Counted from the first letter of the stretch, positions 13,440 through 27,965 are shown. The stretch: DNA of 64,000 bases from Octopus vulgaris (GCA_951406725.2 OX597816.1:75702001-75766000); one strand, 5' to 3'. Numbers and translations: made by a program. Notes: a model not told the origin generated them from the sequence alone.

Positions 13440-14680
13440 AGGTAACATAGTGACAATGATATTAACGATAAGGCTAAATTCCTCTCTAAACGAAGTAAAA
13501 TTGATGATCGGTTAGAATGCTTAGCTAAAAGAGAAGTGTTCATTACTCTAAAAGATCACAAACCTAATTTCTGTAATACGTTCAAACCCAGTGAGAAGAG
13601 AAAACAGTTTAGTAGCCAAAAAAAAAAAAAAAAAAAAATACCAAGGGATATTAATATTTCTTAGGAGAATTAGAGACTACAAAATTACAGTAATGGGTAA
13701 ATAGCAGCAATGTCATCGATTGGTTTAGGAATTGAGAGGATAAGAATAGAGCCAGATTCACACAGTTTAATATTGTTGATTTTATACCTCGATATAGAGA
13801 TCTTTGCTGGATAAAGCAATTGAGTTCGTAAAAAGATATGTCAATATTGACCACATAGAGCTGGATTTTGTCATGCACACAGAAAAAACCTTTCTATACT
13901 GTAAGGGTTCAGGATGGGTTAAAAATCTGATACCGGTGAATAATTTCGATGTATCAGTGAGATCGTATGGCAGTGTAGACATCTGTGAACTTGTTGGTCT
14001 CTAGATATTAGAGGCAATGAAATCCAAGTTCCCATCCGAAAATATTATTTCTTTATTGCCCACAAGGGGCTAAACATAGAGGGGACAAACAAGGACCGAC
14101 AAACGGATTAAGTTGATTATATCGACTCCAGTGTGTAACTGGTACTTAATTTATCGACCCCGAAAGGATGAAAGGCAAAGTCGACCACGGCGGAATTTGG
14201 ACTCAGAACGTAACGGCAGACGAAATACCTATTTCTTTACTACCCACAAGGGGCTAAACACAGAGTGGACAAACAAGGTCTGACAAACGGATTAAGTCGA
14301 TTATATCGACCTCAGTGCGTAGCTGGTACTTATTTAATCGACCCCGAAAGGATGAAAGGCAAAGTCGACCTCGGCGGAATTTGAACTCAGAACATGGCGG
14401 CAGATGAAATACGGCTACGCATTTCGCCTGGCGTGCTAACGATTCTGCCAGCTCGCCGCCTTCCCATCTGAAAATATTGGCCTCTACTGAGACGATGGTT
14501 TGGGCATATCTTATGACTGAGATGGATATACGCTCGATAAATTTCGGATAAAATTAATACATTATACCTTTGGTTAATTAGGACTCAAAATTATTATAAC
14601 CACTAAAGATTTCTTAGATGTTTCCCCAGATTTAAACTCGCGCTCTTATAAACCCTATCATAAACCGAATGAGACAGTTA
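13440..14680 (+). pseudogene. Penelope-like reverse transcriptase remnant interrupted by a SINE dimer
   Basis: FITLKDHKPNF; WVNSSNVIDWF; FTQFNIVD; LLDKAIEF; FDVSVRSYGSVDICELVGL; after the SINE, NIGLY*DDGLG (decayed GLYRDDGL catalytic motif). Confidence 0.8.
14047..14460 (-). mobile_element. SINE family A tandem dimer, tail type 1, with 18-bp TSD
   Basis: TSD ttcccatc(c/t)gaaaatatt at 14029-14046 and 14461-14478; one full unit followed by a 5'-truncated unit. Confidence 0.9.
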
Positions 14681-14694
14681 CAACTTGGAGTGCA

Positions 14695-15380
14695 CTTTGT
14701 GTTTGTCGCTTCCCACAGCTTGACAATCGGTGTTAGTATATTTACATCCCCGTAACTTTGCGAATCGGAAAAATAGACCACCGATAAAATAAGTACCGTA
14801 AATCCTCGAGTATAATCCGCATTTTCCCCACAAAATTTAAAGGTCAAAATCCCTAGTGCGTACTATGTACGAGGTTAAAAATGAAAACTATTTTCTAAGC
14901 AATGCCCGAGTCTCATTTTGTGATGTCAGGCGCGAAAATACCCTAAGCTAAGACTGAAAACAATGAAGTCATAAAAGAATCATCCATAACATGCAGTAAG
15001 CAACATTTATTAAACGTTATTACTGTTATTACTATTATTTCTTTATTTTCTGCAAACAAAATGCACAAAAAAGCTACACGTTTGCATTATATGTACAATA
15101 ATAATAAAGGACGTTACCGTATACATTTTTACAAACCAAGGACGTTATATAGACCTCCTTGATTCAAGTTAGAGAAGGGGTGGGTATTATACACAAGGTT
15201 TAGGTTTTTCAGAGGTACAGCCCCCTAAAAATCCCCTGCGTATTATACTCAAGGGCGTACTATACTCGAGGATTTACGGTACCAGCTTAAACAAAAACAA
15301 GTAGCGGGGTCGATTCGTGCGTCTAAAATTCTCCAATGTTGTGCCCCAGAATGGCCGCAGTCTAATAACCGAAACAAGTA
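14695..15380 (+). mobile_element. SINE family B 3' half, split by a MITE
   Basis: gcttgacaatcggtg...ccgataaaataagta[MITE]ccag...ggggtcgatt...atggccgcagtc...gaaacaagta. Confidence 0.75.
14796..15279. mobile_element. Tc1/mariner-pogo type MITE
   Basis: Perfect 19-bp TIR CCGTAAATCCTCGAGTATA and TA TSD (14794-14795, 15280-15281). Confidence 0.9.
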
Positions 15381-16225
15381 ATACATATATACGCATTACA
15401 CACAAACGCACACATACTCACATCCATATATGTACATGGATATGAAATTTGGTAATTCATTTCCCTTATATATATATCTATATCTATATATATATAAGCA
15501 TGATCAGCACTATGACTAGGAGAAATGCATTTTTATAAACTTAGAAAAGTAGTAAAAGAGTGGAACTACCTTCTTAAGTAGTTTCATCCAATTAACGACA
15601 CTTTATTCAGACTTATATTTTTATATTCATTGATCGTTCTTAATCTTGTCAAGTGAAAAACATGTTTTGCTGAAGAGAGCTAAAATGACCGAAACGTGCT
15701 TTTCTTCCGCCACCTGACTTAAAGACTAAATCCATAGTCACTTTCTGCATTTTCCCGAAGGTTCTATAGATTTTGTTTGAATTATATCCCTTGAATTATA
15801 TCCAGAGAGTGTTTGTCTAATCATGGCATGGATAAATCTCATTTAATACACGTCTTTCACCTCACTATATTGCATTTCTGAGACCATATCCTGTTTGTAT
15901 TTAGTATGCAGAACGTTCTCTTGAGGTATTTTACCTCAGTCATATTGTTGAATCCCTAAAGAAGTTATACATTTTCTCGCCTTCATAAACGTCTCGATAG
16001 CCTTGTTTTGACAGAACCTTAATTAGCAGAAAAATACGAGCTATGTCACTACATACTAAATTCCCCAAAATATCCTATGACGCTAATAGACGAGTTTGCT
16101 AAAATTCTTCAACATAAAAATATCTATCGACCCAAAGGTACTATTCGCGAGATACAAACAAAATATAGTTCAAAGAATAAAGTAGAGGGAAATTTATACA
16201 TGCAAACACATGCACACACTTTTAC

Positions 16226-16342
16226 ATACATACACACATACATACATACATACATACATACATACATACATACATACATACATACATACATACATACATA
16301 CGTACGTACGTACGTACGTACATACATACATACATACATACA

Positions 16343-16373
<31 letters not shown>

Positions 16374-16452
16374 GTATACACATTCATACATGGATACATA
16401 CATAAAAAAACATACATACATACATACATACATACATACATACATACATACA

Positions 16453-16485
<33 letters not shown>

Positions 16486-16495
16486 GTATGTATGT
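16226..16495. repeat. (TACA)n microsatellite
   Basis: Read directly. Confidence 0.95.
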
Positions 16496-16702
16496 ACAAA
16501 AATGGAAGAAGACAGGAAATTCTCCTAAGCAAACAGGAAGTACAGTGTCAGAAAAATAAAGAAAGAAGAAGAATCAGAGTCGTCAAACATAAAATACATT
16601 GGAATGCACCAAACAATATTTGAAATGGTACTGATGTTCAATGCATGAGGAATAAAAGAGTTCTCATTATTGATTTTCCCATTGACAGTGATTATTAATT
16701 CG

Positions 16703-16761
<59 letters not shown>

Positions 16762-16981
16762 ATTAGGCTGTGAATCTTTTTTTACAGAACTAGTCACATT
16801 AATCCTTGGTGCTGGAGATGATAGGGGTTGTAGAAATAGTATTAGCTAACAGCGATATAGAACTCGTTGTTTTATAAAGGTTAGAGTAGCTGTGATGTTA
16901 ATCAGAATGATTTAATCGATAGGAATATTCCTTATCATTTGATGAACCATATTTCTTTAATAACAAATAAAATTAAAAAAA

Positions 16982-17048
<67 letters not shown>

Positions 17049-17069
17049 GCTGCTGCTATTATTATTTCT

Positions 17070-17286
17070 AAGAAGGTGGCGAGCTGGCAGAATCGTTAGC
17101 ACACCAGGGAAAATGCTTAGCGATATTTCGTTTTTCGCTACGTTCTGAGATCAAATGACGCCGAGGTCGACTTTGCCTTTTATCCTCTCGGAGTCGGTAA
17201 ATTAAGTACCAGTGAAACACTGGGGTCGGTGTAATCGGCCTGTCTCCTCAACCCAAATTTCAAGCCTTGTGCCTTTAGTAGAAAGG

Positions 17287-17288
<2 letters not shown>
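17070..17288 (+). mobile_element. SINE family A, tail type 2, ending in (ATT)n
   Basis: GGCGAGCTGGCAGAATCGTTAGCAC head; CCTTGTGCCTTTAGTAGAAAGG tail. Confidence 0.85.
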
Positions 17289-17342
<54 letters not shown>

Positions 17343-17344
<2 letters not shown>

Positions 17345-18635
17345 GACATCACACCGTGTACAATATTGTGAAGTTGTTGACTGAAGATATTGTATCTACC
17401 GAGGGTTTATACAGTTTGTCAAGTCGCAAAAAGGACTTCAGACAGACAGCACTTTACACAATATGCATGCAGTTCCAAGTAATGCCATCTTTTGCAAAAC
17501 ATCTAGATTGTAGGGTATCTCTAAGGTTTTCAGATGTTTTTTCAGACTGGGTGGTATTGAACCCAATGCTCTGATGACAATAGGAATAACCTTTATGTTC
17601 GACTCTCGTAGCTGCCACATCTTAGCAATTTCAATTCTCAGGTCTCCATATTCATCAACTTTTTCTTTTTCTTTCATGATGATATGTTGATCACCTGGCA
17701 TTGCTATGTCGATTATTAGGCACTCTTGTTAGTCACTCCTAATGGTTACTATATCCGGCCTTCGGTGCTCTAACACTTTATCTGTGTGGAAATCAAAGTC
17801 CCGGAGGATTTTTGCGTTCCCCTTTTTGTCCATAACCTTTTCCGGTGTATCCATACTTACGGCATAGTAGCCAGTGGAGGCTTTGGGCTAATTTGTCGTG
17901 TCTACGCTTGTACTCTTTCTGCGCAAGTCTTTCACAAGCACTAACAATGTGAGTCATGCTTTTAACCCTCTTCCCACACATTCTGCAGATGTCTGATGCA
18001 CTTGTGTGGTATATATTTTTTTTCACTGAATTGGTATTCAATGCCTGGTCTTGGGCCTCGATGATTAGGCTATCAGTATTCTTTTTTTGGTCACCCATCT
18101 GGAGGCACCTCCATTATGCTCCCTGGTCTTTTAATTTGTTGGTTTCACGGTGGAACTGACCATGTAATTCCATACGGAGTAGGGTTCTTGTCTGTCGCTG
18201 GCTGTTCTTGTTCGGAATTCATGAGCACTCTCAAGTGCATTTTTAACTACTTCTGCGCTAGCAGCATACTGTTGCAGGTCTTCTTTGCTGTTTACCAAAT
18301 ATTTTGCCATGTTTCTTCTTTCACTGTTGATGCACTCCTGTACGCTAATCAACCCACGTCCGCCCTTACCTGTCTTCATTTGCCTTCGGGTGGAGGGCAC
18401 CATGCATTGTCATTGTCTTTCTGGTAGTGCGATCGAATTGGTCAATCTCCGCTGGTGTCCATCACAGAATGGGTGCACTATAGCGGACTACAGCAACAGC
18501 CCATATGTTGATGGCAGTCACGAAGTTCATTGTGTTGAACTTTGATTTCAAGAGAAGTTTGAGGCACTTGAAATATTCTGTGGTGACCTCGTCTTTTATT
18601 TCTCTGTGCAAGGTATTGTCCAGCTCCAGGATCCC

Positions 18636-18636
<1 letters not shown>
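17343..18636 (-). mobile_element. 5'-truncated R4/Dong-like non-LTR retrotransposon (REL endonuclease) in (TAA)n
   Basis: AQDQAL.T, CRMC...HIVSAC zinc knuckle, RRHD, RPDI...DIAMP, KVDEYGDLRIEIAKMW; (ATT)n arrays on both sides. Confidence 0.85.
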
Positions 18637-18714
<78 letters not shown>

Positions 18715-18743
18715 ATAATTATTATTATTAATTTTATTATTAA

Positions 18744-18833
<90 letters not shown>

Positions 18834-18840
18834 CATTATT
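18637..18840. repeat. (ATT)n microsatellite
   Basis: Read directly. Confidence 0.95.
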
Positions 18841-19395
18841 GAGTGAGAGAGCAGTGCATGCCATCGAAGTGACACTGGGGTAACATATATGAAGCCCAGT
18901 TTACCCATCATGACTACTCGTCTGATAAGGGTACACTAGGCACAAGCATCACAACCATGTGTGCGCGACATGGTAATCTCATATCAAGATAAACAGCACA
19001 TGACCTTGCAGGTGGGGCCCAGTTAGAATTTTCATCCGATCGAGTAACCCATTCCGCTCAAAAGGTCCCTGAATAAGGGTTGTTTAAAGATGTTGAACGA
19101 AACATCCATGTTTCCAGAGGTGAATTATTCAAACCCCAAAGAATCCCTCTCAACACATGGCTATGATGCTCCCCCACTACTTCTGCTCGTGGTCAGAGAT
19201 GCACATATCGCCAGCCACTAAAGGACATGCTCAACTGGTTAAGGTCAAACAACTGACAAGCAAATCTGTGGTATTGAGCAGAATATTTGCTGTAGTCCAT
19301 CTTTTATACCAAGACAAAACAATGCACATGATAACACTTCCAATCAGTTAAGATGAGAAGCCATGAAGGCCACTGCCTGGTACTGCATCAGGACA
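18841..19395. repeat. Unclassified complex non-coding segment of about 555 bp, sharply bounded by (ATT)n arrays
   Basis: Higher GC than its flanks, no recognisable ORF, abrupt boundaries into (ATT)n on both sides. Confidence 0.5.
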
Positions 19396-19657
<262 letters not shown>

Positions 19658-19929
19658 GTTAAGTCGGAAACTGGCGGGGTCGATGAAAGAAATACCGATC
19701 AAATCTTGGAGTTGATGGAATCGACTTGTCCCTCCCCCATCACATGTTATCTCGGTATTCCATGTTTCCAGACTTTCCCCCTGAAAATCTATATTCTTTT
19801 CAATTCCAAATATACTTAGGCATTCACTTATTCATTAGTTTGAGATCAAATCATATGCCTTACGGTAATCGATCCATGACAGTGCCAGATTAGCTTGTCT
19901 TCTTTTTCTGTCATTAGAACTGATCTTTC

Positions 19930-20358
19930 GGATCTTTTCGGTTTGAACGGCAGTTTTTAACATAATTTCTAGGTAACTAAAAAATTTTAAACTTCGTATA
20001 CTGGTAGAATGCGTTTATAAAACATCTTTTTCTCTTGGTTTTATTGAGAAAATTCCCTAGTTTGTAAGATATTTGTTGTTTTTTTTTCTTCAATTTCTGC
20101 AATTTCAACCACTCACTGACGTATATTGAGGTAAAAAACATTCTGTACCGTATATGTCCCATGTTTAAGAAACAGATTGGGTTTATTTACATTTCTGAAG
20201 AAAAAAAGATACCCTTCCCCCACCCCTAACCCTAACCTTAACTAACCCTAACCCTAAAACAGATTGAAATGCAATAGATCGATACTAGGGTCATAATTAT
20301 GGGTGACAATTTCATATGACACCGCTAGAAAAAACTGCCGTTCAAACCGAAAAGATCC
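19930..20358. mobile_element. MITE with 29-bp TIR, 8-bp TSD and an internal (CCCTAA)n-like tract (Merlin-like termini)
   Basis: TIR GGATCTTTTCGGTTTGAACGGCAGTTTTT; TSD gatctttc at 19922-19929 and 20359-20366. Confidence 0.8.
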
Positions 20359-20654
20359 GATCTTTCGTGCCTCTACATTCCATCTACATTTTTTTGACTT
20401 CTCGAAGAATATTGTTCCCATTCAAATGTTTATACATCTTATCCACAATTATCCCTGTCAATAACTTCCATATGAGAGGTAAACGGGATATTGGTCTTTA
20501 ACTCTCGACAGCGTTTCCTTTCGCCAAGCCTTCATGAATAGAACTGTTCTGCCTTTGGTGAGCCACTCTCGTTTTTTTCCCCATTCACTATAACAACACT
20601 AAACTGTTCTGCAATATTTACGTATCACCGATTATTATTATTGCTATGCAGAAG

Positions 20655-20975
20655 CGATACCATCTTGCATTAGACAAGAAACTCACGAGTGAGGAGAGCT
20701 CGGTGACAGGGTGCATTATCGCCGTGAAGAAACCAGATGTTAGGATTACCTGCACGGACCCATATGACTGACCAACAGCATCAGCAATGTCATTGATTGT
20801 CCTCCAACGATCTTCATGCACAAGCTAATGAATTTTCGCCACATTTCCGGGGTAGGCCCTCGTGGCATGTCTTCCTGATAGCTCATCGTTTTCCAGGGAC
20901 GTCCTTCTGCTTTTGAACTGCCCGTGCCCCTCGAAACATTGCGTACGACCCATTGCCTCGTCTCCGTATGCAGTC
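20655..20975 (-). pseudogene. Internally deleted mariner transposase fragment
   Basis: AYGDEAMGRTQCFE...FKS.RTSLENDE.SGR...VHEDRWRTINDIADAVG joined directly to LHGDNAPCH. Confidence 0.75.
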
Positions 20976-21136
20976 ACTTTTGGCACGTCACAGAACTAGT
21001 CCAGGAACATTCTGATATCACCTCGTACGTAAATGTAGTTGTTCCACTTGGAGAAAAAAAAAATAGAAAGCAAAAAGAACAATAAAATGGAATTCTAAAA
21101 TTATTTCGTTGACAAATTATGACAAACTGTACATAC

Positions 21137-21168
<32 letters not shown>

Positions 21169-21571
21169 GCGCACACACACACACATATACACACACGCAC
21201 ACACACACACGCACATATACACACACGCACACGCACGCGCACACACACATATATATATATACACACAACATGCACACAGTAAATGTAAAACAGAGAGAGA
21301 GAAAGGGAGTGAGAGAGAAAGAGATAGAGGGAAAGAGAAAGGGAGTGAGAGAGAAGGAGAGAAAAAGGGAGTGAGAGAAAAAGAGGGAGAGGGAGAGAGA
21401 GTGTGTGTGAGAGAGAGTGAGAAAGGTAAAGAGAGAGAGAGAGAGAACTTTTCTACACTCAACATCCTGTAAAGCTGGAGAGAGTGAACGAATCATGGAA
21501 AGCAACATTAGCTGAAAACGCTCTGGTCTAAAATCTGATGTGGAAAGTCTGATTTTAATTATGAAAGTTCA

Positions 21572-21956
21572 ATGTTGTTGGCATCCTTTTGTCTCGAGAG
21601 ACAATGGAGTTGCGCATAAACTAATCCAGTCTGGTTTTTACATTTCATGTCCTCTCCAGTTTTGCGCAGGCTTGGACTAGATGTAAGAAAATCCTGGGTA
21701 GCCCAATCGTCAGGATTCCTCTCTCGACCTTGCTGACGTAGTCCAAAGGTGTGCAGAGCATTATGTTTGGCACCAGCTTGGTTGCAGGAGCTGCCGGAAG
21801 AGTGTCGAGTCGAACACTAAACCGCCTACGGGGCTCCACTCCGGATTTCTTTGAAGGTTGTCTCCTTTCCGTAACCCTGGATAGGGGCCCATACCGGGTA
21901 CTGTCAGATGGAGCCAGCTGAGCCCGGAACTCGTGTCAGGCAGGGTCCTCACTCCA
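21572..21956 (-). mobile_element. Non-autonomous bipartite RTE derivative (5'-UTR-like part fused to an RTE 3' tail)
   Basis: Ends in GCGCAACTCCATTGTCTCTCGAGACAAAAGGATGCC(AAC)n, an RTE/BovB-like tail. The body AAATCCGGAGTGGAGCCC...GCTGGTGCCAAAC is of RTE 5'-UTR type. No coding sequence. Confidence 0.6.
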
Positions 21957-22229
21957 TGAAGTAGTGAAGAAAATCGCTACCCACTACCTTATAGTTAGTT
22001 ACAAAAAGTACCAATATAAAACAAACGAATGTCAACTGAACATTATGCAATAAGGATACAGAAATAATTGACGTTACTTGCGTTTACCTTGTCGTGGCAA
22101 AGATAGGCTATATCTACATACATGACTGGGAGATATACAGACGGTTTTTCAATAGTATATACTAAGGCCAAATGTGATAATATATATATGATACACAGAT
22201 ATTTCAGAATTGGTTTGGTCTTCTCAGGC

Positions 22230-22681
22230 CCTCTGAAGTTTGTGGGTGTAAAGTGGCTAACATCCTTTCTGAGAATTGTGTGTCCACATCTTCAGGAAAA
22301 TTAATGTAGAAAAGCAGTTCAAAATAGCCGGCGTTCTGAGGAGAAAGGATTTGGCATAGAGGTTTCCGGGGAACTAGCGGAAGTGGGTCTGTAGAGATAA
22401 TAAGGGTAACGTGAGAAGGAGAGATAGAGATAGATAAATAGAGAAAGATAGATAGAGATAAATAGATAGAGAGAGTGAGAGAAAGAGAAAGAAGAGACAG
22501 AAAATGAGTGAGATGTGAGACATGTAAGTCAAAAACAAGTGGAGGTTGCATGAGACTAACTCTACCGTAGAAACGGTAGAAAAGGCTTGCGATATCATAT
22601 AAGAGAGCCAGGGTTAGAGTGTATTAGTGAACGGCTTCCAATCAGTTGGGCAGCCTCATTTTGAATGCGATCTAGGATGCC

Positions 22682-22682
<1 letters not shown>
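22230..22682 (-). mobile_element. Decayed CR1/Jockey-group LINE 3' fragment
   Basis: ILDRIQNEAAQLIG, FYRFY and FPEDVD resemble the post-RT C-terminus; interrupted by (GA)n-type repeats. Confidence 0.45.
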
Positions 22683-22721
<39 letters not shown>

Positions 22722-23165
22722 CATGTGTGTGTGTGTGTGTGTGTGTGTAGTAGCAGCACTATATAGTAGTAGTAGTAGTAGTAGTAATAGTAATAGTAGA
22801 AAGATAGGTCGAAGAAGGAAAGACGCATAAAAACATGGAGAGTGGAAAGACGGGAAATAAATGCAGGAAAGAAATAGAAAAGTATGCTGCTGCTGCTGCT
22901 GGTGATGATGATGATGATGATATGATGATGATGACAACCTACCAAAGAAATACGATAGCTCATTGAAGAAATTTGTTTTCATGTTCTTTACGTGCTTTGG
23001 ACAATCGAATCGATTGGTGAGGTATTTGTGTAGGCGAAGCAGACAGGTACCAAACGAAAAATAAACTAATGGACAACAGAATAACATAGGCTGTTATTTC
23101 ATTAAGTAACTTCGACATGAGTAAAGCTATAATACAGAACAGTTAGTTTCAAGATAGTTCGCACG

Positions 23166-23208
<43 letters not shown>

Positions 23209-23606
23209 ACATTCATATCTCTGTAACTATATATATTTTATGCAAACAAATTCAATAAACAAAGAGGTTTCAAGAATATCTGTTATATAATAAATTTATA
23301 CAAAAGTTACACAAGCAAGACGCTGATTGTATAATAATAAGCTTGAGGGAAGAGTGATCAAATTCTTTTAACATCGGTGCGATTTATATTAAGTCTTTCT
23401 CTAATGAGAGGAAGGAAGCAGTTTGGCATGGGTGGCATGTTTTCAAACTAAGTGAATCTGTGGCGATCCAGGTTCGATTCAAAGTTATAACTAATTATAT
23501 AATTTTTTACGATAAAGGCATGCACGTTTCAGTTCCTAGTAATAACCCAAAGAGCATGATCATCCAATTTCATGCACGTACGCACGCAGAGGAAGAGACA
23601 GAAAGA

Positions 23607-23655
<49 letters not shown>

Positions 23656-23742
23656 AAATATTCACGTATTGACTCATGTACATATACATATATGAATTTG
23701 CAATATACAAGTGAATATAGGTGCATATGAAAGAAACAATGC

Positions 23743-23832
<90 letters not shown>

Positions 23833-23941
23833 CCCCGCACACTCACGTATAGAGAGGTAGATTGGTAGATTAAGCCACCTACATATACAGTCATCTACAT
23901 GTACATTCACCTACATATATTTAGACATATATTTGTATGTT

Positions 23942-24303
<362 letters not shown>

Positions 24304-24898
24304 AGCTATAACCGAACGTAAATACGTTTATGAAAATCAATACAAACAATATAGGCAGCTCCACAGACACGCTGTAAACATTTCTGATCACAGAAATCAG
24401 TTGTGCTTCAAGGTGGTTACACTTAAAAATATATCCTTGATGAGTTGTTGTTCCGTTGTTCTCTTGCCTACAGTTAACTCGACCATCCCACCTTGTTATG
24501 TTATTTAACCAAAATCTCATCTTTTCTCAGGTATTTTCATATATTATACTACATTATCAAATTCGTCTTTCTTTCTAAGATGCTGGAGTGTGATTTGAGG
24601 GTCTGTTATCTCTTGCAAGTCATCCTATCACATAGAAACCCTTTCATTAATTCTGTCCTTTATGAATGTCTCTGTAGAACAGTAATCAAAGTAGTGGTCT
24701 GAATTAACTCCCCGTTCATTTATTTAGCTAAAACTTCTACAAATGTTAATCCGAGTGTCACATTTTCCATGTTATTTTGACCTAAAACTTCCAGGCTTCA
24801 TTTATTTGCTCCTGGTGCAAAATAGGCATGTTATAAAACTAACATTTCCGTGTTTCTTGATGTAACTAGTCCCCATAAATCATTATTAATATATTAAA

Positions 24899-24954
<56 letters not shown>

Positions 24955-27094
24955 ATGCTTCAATCTAACAATAAAAATTAAAAAAATGGAAAAACGAAAT
25001 ATTATTCTGAAATTTCACTTTTTAACTTTCAATATTACTGTTTCCATAATTTGAATCCTTATCTTTAGTGAAATCTTAACTCAATTTTCCTCCTCCTCTT
25101 CGACGTCGTCGTCATCATCATCATTATCGACGATGATGACGGTAGGCACAAAGATGGCAATGACGACGAAAATTATTGCAAAAAAAAATAGCTAACAGCA
25201 GTGCAACAGCAGCAACAACAACAGCAAAAATGTAGCAAAGCTCTCTAACAATTGCAGCAGCAATAAAGAAGTATTGTTAAAATGCTTACTGAGCAATTAT
25301 TTCTAAATTAATCACGTTATAATGTAGAACTCTTCAGTTTGTTGGCCATCAGTCCTTTTTATATTTGTCCAATGAAATTAAATGATATTTTAACAAAAAT
25401 ATTAAATGAAATACAAAAAAACATTGAAGAAAAAATACCCCCAAAATTGCTAATTTTGATAAACATATTTGAAGTGTAATAGCCGTTTAGCAAAACTAAT
25501 AAGATAAGAAACAAGCAATTTTGGAACAACAATGAAAACCATTATTATTATTGCCACCACCACTATCAGCCTATTTTTTAAATCCATTTTATCAACTATT
25601 TCATTATCCACTGACCCCTTCTACTCCTGTGTAATGGCAATTATCTCGCTCAATAATCTCGCTCAAAAGAACCAGGACGTCAATTAAATCTGCTTGACTG
25701 ATTTAGAATATTACTTGAGCACGTCCACTCTTTAAGGAGTCATGGTGATTCTATAATAATTAGAAGGTTATCTTGTAACATTATCCTTCCGCTATTTATT
25801 TTCCGCTTTCACCTCCTTGAATAGCAAATGGGAATATAAATCAAGCAAAAAACAAAACAAAAACAACAAAATATAAAAAAAACAAATGTTATAAAAAGTT
25901 AAAAAACAAAAGCAAAAAGCGAAATCAATTTTTATCTCCCTTTATTTTGTACGGTACTGGAATGTACAACTTAAAAGCTTTATCCAGATAGTACGATAAA
26001 AAGTATTTTAAAAAGTTGATTATTATTTCCTTTCAGTAAAAAAAATCAATTTCTGAAATATATATCCATATATCCTGAACGGAATTTTTATCTAAAAGAC
26101 TACTAAATAAAATATTGATTGCCTGCCTGTATGTTTACCAAATCGTATGATGGCGCGTGAATATAGTGTGTCGCAGACTGATTGGGTCGTTGAGGAATAA
26201 CTGCAAGACTTCCATCTTTATTCAATGCATTTAGACAGTCTGGCAGTGAGCGTTGTTCAGGGAGCACAAATGTGTTGCAAATTAACGAAATAACTATTCA
26301 ATGCTCAAGATAATATCAGGAATCGATGAAACTAGTTTGTGATGGTTTATGTCAGAAGCAGTTACTCCATAGTCTCATACAAGTCCAATTGCCGTAAGGG
26401 ACACATTTACATAAATATCTTAAAATAGCTTTCCGGTTGTGGTGGCTCTTTATTTCACAGCAGTTTTCATTGACTTCTTACTTGAACATAATCTTTTGTT
26501 TGGCCAGGGGCATTGTCTCCCTTCCCCTATCATCTCCCATTCTAGCTTTACATCAGGTTTCCAAAACTCTTAAACCATCTCTATTTCTTTCTGTCATTCC
26601 CCTCAGTTCCTGCACCAACATTTTACATCATTCTTTAACTTAAATCTCTTCATCACTTAACTGTCTACAACTGACAACACGACACCACTTTCATTATCCA
26701 TTCCACTCTCAGACGAATAGCATTGATCCGAAAAATAGAATTTTCAATCCTCACGGCAATTGAAATTATCGAATTTGTCAAGATTACTTTTATTGTTCTC
26801 TCCTGACTAGTAAAACTTTTCATCTTTGCACGAGCACCCTTCAGAGGAAGCAAGGGGGTAAGTGTCCAGCAAGATAAATTCGATCTCTACTTGACGTATT
26901 AAACTTCACCGGACTGCGAATCTGTAGCAGCCATGAATTTCTTGGAGTGGTTTACCTATTCTATGCTGACTTATAAAGACAAGCTAACGACAAATGCGTA
27001 AGAGTTTCAGGACATTCCTGTGGAATATAAATACATTGGGAATGCATCTAGCTGGTAAACACACAGTGCTATCTCTTAAATAAAACGTGGATTT

Positions 27095-27965
<871 letters not shown>

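Noticed and set aside
15560-15700. Hammerhead-like fragments (CTGAAGA...GAAAC on plus; GAAACTAC...GTAGTT on minus)
   Set aside because: Stems I and II do not pair, and the core or cleavage triplet is missing.
20224-20256. Interstitial telomere or chromosome fusion site
   Set aside because: Only about five degenerate units, located inside a TIR element.
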